Shown here: positions 48,335 to 58,616 of the stretch, piece by piece
How positions within the stretch are numbered: position 1 is the first letter of the stretch
How the letters are laid out: each line of letters opens with the position of its first letter
Origin: Harriotta raleighana
Lineage: Eukaryota
Direction of reading: 5' to 3'
NCBI GenBank assembly: GCA_050575255.1
Contig: JBNZDD010013687.1
Span: 351,694 to 415,023 of the forward strand
DNA length: 63,330 nucleotides
The notes under the pieces: model-generated
What the model was told of the DNA's origin: nothing
The model's input: only the letters and a program-made list of their open reading frames with translations
The model's database searches: none
Position numbers and translations under genes: made by a program

Positions 48335-49929
48335 CATACCTTCTTTCCTTTCTTTAACCTCGACTGCTCTAAATTTTCTTCAAGTCCGGTCTTTGTGCTT
48401 GTTTGATCTCTAGAGGTAGAATTAAAATAAAGGTATGGAAGAGACAATACTGAAACTATTAAAAGGAAATAATATAACAGGAAAGAAAATACCAACGAAT
48501 AGGATATGGAAGAAAATAGTAAAGATGGATAAAAAAGAGATGCCTGGACATAGTGATAAACAGAAGTCCAAAGAAAGCAACAACACAATTGTAAAAATGT
48601 GTAAGTTAGGATAATATCAGAAATCAAGTATTTTTGGGATGAGAGAAAGTAAAGAAAAACTTAAAAAGAAAGAAGGAATGTGAAACCAAGATCTTCTAAA
48701 GAAGCAGAAGAAAAGGCCAAATAAATCCAACACCAAAGGGAGGTTGAAAATACCCGATTAAATGTTTAAAGATCAGGATTTAGGTTTTGAGTGAGGGCTA
48801 ATGTATCGGTATTCATTCAACATATTAATGAAAATCTATTGTAGTGCACTTTCACTTACAGATAAGCCCAAATCAAATTACTTTGTATCCTGTGCATGTC
48901 AATTGCTAGGAAAAGAGTGAGAAAGAGGCCCAGAATGCAGCACCCAACAACAATGCACAGTCTGGAATATCTCTTAAAGAAAAGGAAAAAGTAAGTCTTG
49001 TAAGGAAAAATAATCCCAGTCATAAACAATATTTTAAGTATGACAAACAATCATATATCATTGTAAAAATAGTACAAATTTTTACAATGGGTTTCCTTAT
49101 TTGGCAAGAAAACAAAAGGGAAAGTTACCTCAAGGTACTGTCCCTTTAAGATACTTGGACACTGTCCTCTCCCTTTATGGGCACCAGAGCCCTTAAATTC
49201 CATCTAGTCTCAGTCTGTGGAGTATTTTGTCTGTTAAATTGAAGATTCATTATTAAAATTTATAGATTTATTATTGAAATAACATTACAAAATAAATTTC
49301 CATTTAGATATTGATTGGTGAAGTTCTGTATATACTTATGTGCAGAGTTCTACTTTACTTCAGAATGCAGTTCGGGACCATGTAGCTTTGGTCTGTCAAT
49401 TTCACCTAAAGGTAGCAGTTTGACATGTCGCCTGCAAAATATTGAGCCATATGTTGGATTTCACCTCTGTAAATGACAACAATTATAGATTGTACATAGT
49501 AAGATAGAAAAATTAGGCCAGCACATAATATTTTGAATTGTAAAGATTTGGTTTTCTGATATCTGAAGCTTGTAAATGTTTGGAATAGTCAAAAACCACT
49601 ATAAGGCAATAAAGGGAAAAACTATAGGGTTATTCATTATAGAGTAACAATGGTCGTTTAACTGAATACCTTTTTCTATTCTCCACTTTTTAATGTTTAT
49701 ACGACATACATTTATGTTTAATCCATGTAAATTGCAACAAGAACATTTGTGTTACAGTATATCAAAGTAGCTTGTTTTGAAGAAATGTGGGACCATCAAA
49801 GTGCTTGTGAAATATTATCTTTCATTCTCAGGTTTTGAAATGAATTTAGTAAATGTAATTATAGATCTGTCCTCGTTGCCATTAATGCCATGTTATAAAG
49901 CTGGAAAGTATTGGTTTTCTTTGTTTTAG

Positions 49930-50020
49930 AATGCATACCCTGAGGGGATGGAAGATAGTCCTGAAGTGGCAGAAAATACACTCCGATTTTTAACTGCGAC
50001 ACCGTCTTACTCCGCAAATA
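49930..50020 (+). CDS. FSIP1: FSIP1 coding exon 5
   Basis: ttgttttag|AAT; NAYPEGMEDSPEVAENTLRFLTATPSYSAN (compare ENTKKFLSL); donor A|gtaagt; phase 0 to 1. Confidence 0.82.
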
Positions 50021-50304
50021 GTAAGTATCTAGGAGAAATGTATGGTTCTGGTGATGTTCAAAAAAGGATTTTCTGTAAGATTTCATTTGCATAATGTCAG
50101 TAAAACATATTTCTCTGAATACAAGGTTGAATTGGCCTTCAATTGAAATGTGAAACATTTTGCAGAATTACAAGCTGCTCATTTCTTTAAAAAAAAGTAT
50201 TCAGACTATGAATTTAACCAGTGTCTACATTTCTGCATGTGTATAACTAGCCTGTTAACCGAGTTATGACCATGGTCATCTGATTGGTAGTTTTTCTTGA
50301 TCAG

Positions 50305-50397
50305 GCACAATTGGTGAAGATCTGCCAGTTGGATCGATATTCCACACCCAACTCCCTTTGGAGGAATATGAACGGTGTAACAAAGAAGGAGACCAAG
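50305..50397 (+). CDS. FSIP1: FSIP1 coding exon 6
   Basis: tttttcttgatcag|GC; TIGEDLPVGSIFHTQLPLEEYERCNKEGDQ (compare VFHTQIPPEEYE); donor G|gtgaga; phase 1 to 1. Confidence 0.88.
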
Positions 50398-50887
50398 GTG
50401 AGAATAAGTGTAATTATGCAAATATTGTTATTAACCTAGCACCTTTTCATTTTAACTTTTGTTCTCTATGAGCAAACCTCATGATAATCAGAAGCTATCT
50501 GGTTGAGAAACTCATCAACACTTCAAGAGTGCTCAAATGAATGAACACTAAATTTCATTGGAACTAGCTGGGATAGATGCTTTCAAACATTTTTTGAAGT
50601 GGCTATAGTGAGACCACCTGTCTCATTAATTGGTGAAGTGCCTGATTTCTGTCTTTGTGGGGCTCGACAATGGAGAATTTGGTCCTTAGCTTTAGATTTT
50701 AATATGCATTTTCATTAGGTAACTAGGGGCTCTGATACATTTATGTAACAGAGGAAAGAATGCACTACTGATGACATTGTATGCCTTATTTTTCAGAGTA
50801 TATATTTCAATAAACTTTAATTGACAATTGTAAAATCACGGCCATACAACAAAATTAATTTCTTGAAAATTACTTATTTAGATACAA

Positions 50888-50905
50888 GGCGCCATCTGGT
50901 GGACA
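50888..50905 (-). promoter_or_regulatory. Candidate CTCF site
   Basis: Minus strand TGTCCACCAGATGGCGCC matches the core CCASYAGRKGGCRS within AT-rich intron. Confidence 0.55.
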
Positions 50906-51771
50906 GTTTGGATAAACAAATTCCTCTGTCAATTTTACAAGATTGCTTCTAGGGATGTTTTGTTATGATTAGGTCCCATCCTTATTTATTTTATTGGTCC
51001 AGTCCCTTTTCATTGAATAGAGTAACATACATGTATTTGTTGCTAAAATTTTTATAAATAAAAATAATACTTGCATTTGATATAATTCTTATTATTGGGA
51101 AAGTTTTGAAATTTTGTACAGTGACTATATTAGTGGATGAACGCAGCAGCCAATAAGCAGTGTTCCACAAAAACTTCTTGACAAAAAATTATATTTGTAT
51201 ACATTTATATATCACTGGTCAGTAACCATACTTATATTAAACAGTGTTCTGAGTTGCCTTTGGAGAACAGATGTGTGCTGTAACATTTCCTGTTAAACAA
51301 TAGATGGCAGTCAAATACCAATTAAAGTCCAAGTCTTTATTCCAAGTCCAAGACCATGATTCCCCTTCTCTAAAATAAATGCAAGGGAAATAGCAGAAAT
51401 TGTCTGCATTGTGAAAATGAAGAGAGGGAATTTTGTAAATGAAATGATGTGAGGGCAAGTAACAGAAAGCCAGTACCTATTTCTATAAGGGTGAAGACCA
51501 ACTACAGAAATAACTATCCTTGATGAGATGGGGATGTCTTCCATTTCTCCCATTTCGGAAGCAGCTAGCCTCAGCTTAGTATCTCCCTGGTAATATCGCC
51601 AGAATTTGGGGAAAAACTGGAATTTATTCTGTGGAAAATCACAAGTTTAGAACTTAGCCCGATTGTTTCAGAACCAGCATATTGGAGGATAATTGCGTTT
51701 GAAATTCATAGTTTGAAGCATGTATAGTATCTTGTTTATTACTAAACTGAATGAAAAATGTTGTGCACTAC

Positions 51772-51911
51772 AATAATAATAATAATCTTTGCATTTGATG
51801 TAGTGGTTTATCATGTCTTTGAGATGTCTCAAATGCTTCATAGAATATACTGTAAAGTGAATTGAGTGTATATTTTATGGGCCAAACATGGCAGCCAATT
51901 GTGCACAGCAC
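51772..51911 (-). mobile_element. tRNA-SINE tail/body fragment
   Basis: aataataataatctttgcatttgat...ggcagccaattgtgcacagc. Confidence 0.85.
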
Positions 51912-53241
51912 AAAGCTGCTTTCCTGGAATTGTACTGCTCAATACATCCCATTCATTGCGCCTTAAATTCTAGCCCAATGTCAAGCTCAAGCCTGAAGAG
52001 CTTAAATTGATGGCTCCGATAGGAAAGCTTTCATGAGTTCACAAAAAAACTAGCTTTCTGTTAGTCTTTGGCAAACATTCATTTCTGTTTAGAAAAATGT
52101 CTTTAACTGAAGGAAATAATATGGAACACTGCATTTTATGGATTTGCATAGCTTTCTGAATTGGATCCTAAATCCATAACGTCAATAGGCCTGGCCCGAT
52201 GGAATGAAAATATATAAAAACATATTTTGGTATGTAAAATGTGACCCATTGCTTCTTAGGAAGAGAAAAATGAATGCAGTTTCAGTTTTTATAGGTACAG
52301 TGGATAGCAGTTTGAATGTTAAAGGTATCAGTTGTTATTCTCTTTTAAAGTAAAGCCAATGAGGTATACTTGTAGTTTGTAGTTTATCTTAGAAGTGTTT
52401 TTTTAAGAATGTAGTACAGATGGTAGAAGAACCCCTTCTTTTGTGTGAGCTGCCAATATATTATGTTTAATGGACATTTAATTGGACTATCCTGTCTTAC
52501 ATTTTTGAGAGGCAAACATACACTGAGTGGAACACGGTTAGCTAAATATGCACAATAGGTTAGTATTGGAATTTTAATCATTTTGAGAGGTGCACCTGTG
52601 CTCTCATCTTAAACGCATAGTAAAAAAAATCAACTGTGTCACCCAGTGATATCCTGAGAGAACAACTCAGTTCAGTTCTGCAGTGAGCGTCTGGTAACTT
52701 GTGAAACAATAAGGCAATTAGTATTCATAAACCTGAGACATGATAAATTATTATGTTACCACTTATTAACACCTTGGTGATCTGATTCCATAATACAATT
52801 TATTTACCCAGTTTTCTTTTTTTTTTAAAGTGTTACTTTGTGAATTGTACCACTGACCAGTTAAGAAGGAAAGCAGGTAGATAACCAGCTGTCAGGTGAC
52901 TGCCAATATTGTTGGCAAACTTACCACGAGGGGTTTTCAAAATCCATTCGGAATTCTCCTTCTGACAGAATAACCAGCAATTGGAATTCATCATTTTGGA
53001 AGTTATTCACAACTGAGTTATTGAGATCTAAACCAGACAATTTCTATTGCAATCTATTTTTGAGGCACATTGGGAGGAATGGAACATTTAAAAAATCTGA
53101 AATAGCTGCTTTTACAAATCCTGCTCCATACATTAAAAAGTAATTGACAGATGTGTTCTGCCTTTTTGTAAGGATTTTATGTGTTATTGAATGCCTTCTG
53201 CATTGAATTGAAGCAGTTCAAGAGATGATGGGGAACAGTTT

Positions 53242-53553
53242 GGAGTCCTGTAGCTCAGTAGTTAGAGCACTTTCCTTGTAAGCGAGAGACCCTGGTTCGA
53301 TTCCAGGCTGGGCGAAATCTTGGACAAGTTTCCTTACTCCACACGCCTGATAATAATCCCTCAGAAAAAAAGCAATAATAAATTGTTTATTTCAATCCAT
53401 GACTGTTTGTGGGACACTGCTGTGTGCAATTTGCTGCCGCATTTCACCCACAAATATTCAGTCAATTCACCTTACAATATTATTGGAGAAGCACTTTGAG
53501 ACTCTAGAATATGTTAAAAGTAATGTATCAGATGCAAGGATTACCATTATTAT
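53242..53553 (+). mobile_element. Full-length tRNA-SINE
   Basis: ggagtcctgtagctcagtagttagagcac...ggttcgattccagg (intact B box), body and tail. Confidence 0.92.
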
Positions 53554-53599
53554 GCAGTTTAATAAACTTGCCCTACGAATTATTTGCTTTGTTTTACAG

Positions 53600-53739
53600 A
53601 GTGTCATGTCAGTGCTGAAGGAGTTAAATTGTGTCCAGGTATCTCAGAAAATACCCCGAACCAAGACAAAAGTAAGGAAGAATTAACTCCCAAAAAAGGC
53701 AGGCAAATGAGCAAAGACTTTATTAAAAAGAATATACAG
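53600..53739 (+). CDS. FSIP1: FSIP1 coding exon 7
   Basis: ttgttttacag|AG; ...KKGRQMSKDFIKKNIQ (compare DFIKRNIE); donor CAG|gtacat; phase 1 to 0. Confidence 0.88.
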
Positions 53740-54062
53740 GTACATGAAAATATTGCTGTAACCACATTGTGGTAAAAGTACCCCAAATTAACCTTTTCTT
53801 ATTCTTGTGAGGTCACCTTTTAATATTGGATGATCTNCTTTATTAAAAAGAATATACAGGTACATGAAAATATTGCTGTAACCACATGATAAGGACAGAT
53901 TGTGGCAAAAGTACCCCAAATTAACCTTTTCTTATTCTTGTGAGGTCACCTTTTAATATTGGATGATCCGCTTTCATTTTTCATTCTGTACAATGCTTAT
54001 TTTAGTCCTGCATATCTATCGAGACACAGTTCTTAATAAATCATTGTCATTAATCCTTACAG

Positions 54063-54173
54063 TTGGCAAAGGAGGCCAAGAACGTGGTTCTTCTGACCAG
54101 TGATGAAAAGGAAAGGTTGGCAGAACTACTGAAGCATGTGGACGCTGAAAGTGATAATAGATCAAGCAATGAG
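54063..54173 (+). CDS. FSIP1: FSIP1 coding exon 8
   Basis: ccttacag|TTG; LAKEAKNVVLLTSDEKERLAELLKHVDAESDNRSSNE (compare LAKES..EKKRLVELLKDLD); donor GAG|gtcatg; 111 nt. Confidence 0.9.
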
Positions 54174-54318
54174 GTCATGCAAGTTGTTTGATATTTTTGT
54201 ATCCGTGCCTAAAATCACAAGAACTTTTTCCTTGTCGAATTAGCAACCGCTCAGTATATCAAACATTGTGTTTCTAAAGATTATTGGTAGATTGTTGTTG
54301 TAAGTAAAAGTGTGTAAA

Positions 54319-54355
<37 letters not shown>

Positions 54356-54369
54356 AATTGCAGCTTATA

Positions 54370-54801
54370 CAGTGAAACCTTGTTTGTCCATGACTCGAAC
54401 CGGAAAACCCGTTCAACCGCCATATCAAAAAAAAAGCCCCAGTTTGATGAACCGGACGTTATCCAGCAAATAATGATGACGAGTTTAATGAATCGACTGT
54501 CACACGCGAGTACTGCTGCAGGTACTCGCGTCTGGCCACGAGTCGGGTCTAAACTCACCCCTACATCATTTAAAAGTCGCGTTTTTTTTTACCTCCGTCG
54601 GGTGAGGGATGCCTTTGTGAAGTTAAGTATAAATACTAAAGTACTAATACAATATTCTGTTATTATTTAGTCTATTATTAATATGGTATGTGTTAAAAAT
54701 CTTAAATTATTTTTTTTTGAAAAAAGTAAGAAAAAAAACTTTCAACCGGAAAACCGTTTAACCGCCGCTGGCCAGATCCCATGGGTGCTGGATAAACTGA
54801 G
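54370..54801. mobile_element. Tc1/mariner-like MITE related to 21915-22318
   Basis: TA|cagtgaaaccttgtttgtcc left end; truncated right end ggataaactgag; sub-terminal aaccggaaaacc repeats; internal block shared with the first copy. Confidence 0.6.
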
Positions 54802-56200
54802 CAAATAAATTGTGTTATTCAATTGCTATGTTACTAATGTGATTCATGATTTACAAATGTTGAGGGGAGAAAGGTTAGCCCATTCTTTTCACCAGACGAG
54901 GATTTGCTGAATTAATTCCTGCAAAAGCAGGTAGGATTGAATTGATTAACTCTTTCAAATAAGAGTTATGAATACCTGGTTGGAACAGGGGTGACAATTA
55001 TAGGGATAGTCAAAGACTACATGCATCATAGGACTTATAGCGTCTTACTTGCCTTGTGTGGGTGGGGTAGAGGTGAAAGTATCCTGTGAGATGGGCAGGA
55101 GAGGGTTTTGAGGAAGGCCAGAGCTAGTGAAGATAATATTCAGCAGTTGGGTGTTAAAATTGGATGTTCCCATTTGGAACTTGGAGAACAAACCAAAGCT
55201 GCCAGAACAGAAATGTCACAGGAGGATAGAGAGGATTATTTGAGCATATGATATCGTGACCTATTCTTGTTTACCGTGGTGAAATATTTTATTTATACTG
55301 TTCCAGAAAAAGTCCACAGAAGTCCAGAAGTGGAAGATAACACACATTTTATTAATTTATATTTTCCATTCTCCTACCCTAAGCAAAATAGAGAAAGCCA
55401 AAATTATGTTTTCAGTGCAAGTTAACAAATAACACATTTTTAAAAGAAAAAAATCTTTGTGAGCAAAGTTGGACAATGGGCTGAAAAATAATATTTCATT
55501 AGGAATGCACAATATTTGTTTGGGATTTCAATATATATTCCTAAAAAACATTGATAGCTCTGATCAAAACAAAGTTGTTATTGACTTCAAAATAGATCTC
55601 CAACCATATTCTGAGGGTGAAAAAAATCTGTTCTAAATTGTAGATGAATGAAACTGACATGGTATACAAGATTATTTCAAATCTGTTTTGGCAATTATTT
55701 TTATTTGAAGAAGTTGCCAATATTTGAAGTATTTAATAAATGTTAAATCAGTGCTGAGATGAAAGAAAATATCCAAATTGCCTTTTGTCGTGGTTCAATA
55801 GCATTGAATGCAAATTCAAAACAACTTTACTTTTTGCATTTTTAAATTTGTTTTGTGCTTCAATATTTCCTTTCATCTCTGGATTGATCTATCTACTGGA
55901 ACCTAAATTTCCCAAACAGACAGTATTTCTAAAAGCACTCTAAAATCTGACTTGGAGACCAAAATTTAGGCAAAAAAACTCTGTTGATTTTTAAAAAAAA
56001 CAGTGATACTGTACTTTGTTCTTAATAAACATTTTTTTGTTAGGCTTTCGAAGGTTGCAGCAGATAATTTGACTTTTTTTTACAATTGCCTTTACATCCC
56101 TTTTATTTCTGGGAAGGAGACCAGTAATTGTAACTTTCACTGATTTCAACATTATTTGCTCAAATTAATTGCACAATGAGTGCATGAAGGCTTCAATTTT

Positions 56201-56312
56201 GGAGCTCCTGTAGCTCAGTGGTTAGAGCACTCGCCTTAAAAGAATGTTTTACATGTTCGAATCCAGGCAGATCAGGGTGAAACCTTGGGCAAGTTTCCTT
56301 ACTCCACACACC

Positions 56313-56346
<34 letters not shown>

Positions 56347-56543
56347 CCGTCCAATAAAAAACAATAATAAATTTTGTCATTTCAATCCACAATTGTTTGG
56401 GACACTGCTGTGCATAATTAGCTGCTGCATTTCACCCACAATTATACAGTCAATTTACTTTACAGTATATTCTGTGAAGCGCTTTGAGACGTCGATAAAA
56501 TGTGAAAAGCGCTATACCAAATGCAAGAATTATTATTATTATT
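56201..56543 (+). mobile_element. Full-length tRNA-SINE with expanded internal (AAT)n
   Basis: ggagctcctgtagctcagtggttagagcactcgcc...gttcgaatccagg; tail aagaattattattatt. Confidence 0.92.
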
Positions 56544-57071
56544 TTCTTCTTCATTTGCAATTTTAGAGCACAGAATGTATAAATAGCATTTCCTCATTAG
56601 AATTATCACAGCAATGAAAGGGATCACTTTAACAAATTGTTCAGACTAAATACAATCTTACTTCACTTGTTTATCTTAAAATGATTTATAATTTATTTGA
56701 TGATGCTTTATTGATGTCTAGGAACCATAATTCTCGATCCCTTCAACCTTTCTAATGAAACTTTCCCTTTGAAAGTGAATTGACTTATTTGAGAGAAATA
56801 TTTTTATTGTCATTACAAGTTACTCGAAATATGAGTTAGAAGTTGATCCTTGCAGCAATGTACTTAATGCACATTGTTACTATCTCATATTTCAGAAACG
56901 TTTTTCAAAAGTCAGATTACAAACTTTTCCACAATCATTGTCTGCTGTTTTTCATTGTACCTAATTGGGTAGTGCAGGTATTAGGACTACATTCATTACT
57001 ATTGGTTAAGTGCCAATCTTTCTATTTGCAACATTATAGCAAAGCTTTATACTGTACTTTTCTCTCTATAG

Positions 57072-57251
57072 GAAAGTTTAGCGCTCTGGTCAACATCCAT
57101 GCCAGAACAAGTTGGATATACATCAGAACCCACATATCTACAGCAATTGGATGAGATCAATTCCAGACTTAATATACTTGTTCCTTTTGAGAATTTCTCT
57201 GTGACTGACAGTACACAGTCCGTTTTCCGAAGCAAGAATTCTGCGTTAGAG
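57072..57251 (+). CDS. FSIP1: FSIP1 coding exon 9 (gene continues beyond the window)
   Basis: ttttctctctatag|GAA; ESLALW..VGYTSEPTYLQQLDEINSRL.. (compare GYEL..QQLAEIDIKL); donor GAG|gtatgt; 180 nt. Confidence 0.87.
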
Positions 57252-57401
57252 GTATGTGAATACAGCAAGCAATAATTGTTAGCATTTTTACCCAGTAAAA
57301 AACACAGGTTTGTATAACTATTGGTATTGCTTGATACAGTCATTCCACTCATTTTTATAGAAATCCCGATCCCACAATTGGTCCATCTAATTATAGAATC
57401 C

Positions 57402-57525
57402 AATAATAATAATAATCCTTGCATTTGATATAGTGACTTTATCACATTGTTGAGACGTCTTAATGTGCTTCACAGGAAATACTGTAAAGTGGATTGACTA
57501 CTGTATATATTTTGTGGGTGAAACA
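57402..57525 (-). mobile_element. tRNA-SINE tail fragment
   Basis: aataataataatccttgcatttgatatag...ttgtgggtgaaac. Confidence 0.85.
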
Positions 57526-58101
57526 ATGCTACAGTTTTATCAAATCATAATTTAATAGCACTGCAGATTCATACATACTTAAATGACACATGTATAAGTT
57601 AGCAGCCTGTAAATTGCTTTGTAAATCACTCGAAAAATCTAGAGAGCCTATATGTGTGGCAAAAATCTGTTGCAATGAGGGGTTTTGCACTAATTAGTAG
57701 GAATAAGAGCACCATAATTGACATGGTTAACCTCATCAGTGAGACACACTGATTGAAATTGAGATTTACTTTTGAATGTAGAATATAATATACATTCTTG
57801 GATTTGCATTTATTTGAACATCTGTTCCATTTACAATTTACTCCAAATCACTATAAGTGTAAATTATTCTCCCATCAACACCTTAGTCTCCAACTGTGCA
57901 AATTTCCACTATACTGTATGTACCATCCAGATGTTTCTTGCATTCTCTTGCTCCAATGCAGGAAATTTTTCATAGCTTTCTATGACATATGTCCTCTATT
58001 ACAGATATACTTTAACATGCAATTAGAACTTTCTTGTCAAAACAAGTCCTTTAGGATTCAAAAACCTCAGATAGTACAAGAACATTTTTGTAATACTTAA
58101 C

Positions 58102-58358
58102 AATAATATTATAATCCTTGCATTTGATATAGCGCTTTTCACATTTTCCTACTGTAAAGTGAATTGATTCTATATTTGTGGGCGAAATGTAGCAGCCAAT
58201 TGTGCACAGCAGTGTCCAACAAACAGTCATGGATTGAAATGATCCAATTTTATTATTTTTTGAGGGATTAATATTAGGCATGGTTTTGCCCTGCCTGGAT
58301 TTGAACATAGGTCTCACACTTGTAAGGTGAGTGCTCTATCCATTGCGCTACAGGACTC
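58102..58358 (-). mobile_element. Near full-length tRNA-SINE with internal deletions
   Basis: Tail through head ...gagtgctctatccattgcgctacaggactc. Confidence 0.88.
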
Positions 58359-58465
58359 TGCAATGAGATGTTGAATTGCCTTTAAATAGCTGAGACTTGA
58401 TTAGCATCGGTCTTTTTGACTAAAAAAAAGGAAGATATTCGGTGGAATTTTCGACTTAAATTTGA

Positions 58466-58616
58466 CAGATTACTGTTGCAGGAACACATAATCAGTAACC
58501 TGTCTCACAATGGTCGAATCCCAGCTCACAATCCCCATTAGTGGGTGAACAATCCAACGCTTGATGAATTCTGCTTCACAATGGAAGGAAAAGCTGACAT
58601 GGAAGAGTCAAAAAGC
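58466..58616 (-). pseudogene. Decayed 28S rRNA fragment (domain V, peptidyl-transferase-centre region)
   Basis: taacctgtctcac..cccagctcac..attagtgggtgaacaatccaacgcttgatgaattctgcttcacaatg..tcaaaaagc is the reverse complement of conserved 28S text (cattgtgaagcagaattcaccaagcgttggattgttcacccactaat..gagctggg..gtgagacaggtta) with substitutions and a short deletion. Confidence 0.88.

Noticed and set aside
53242-53315. SINE heads as real tRNA genes
   Set aside because: Each is fused to the SINE body, lacks a nearby oligo-T terminator and carries stem mismatches.
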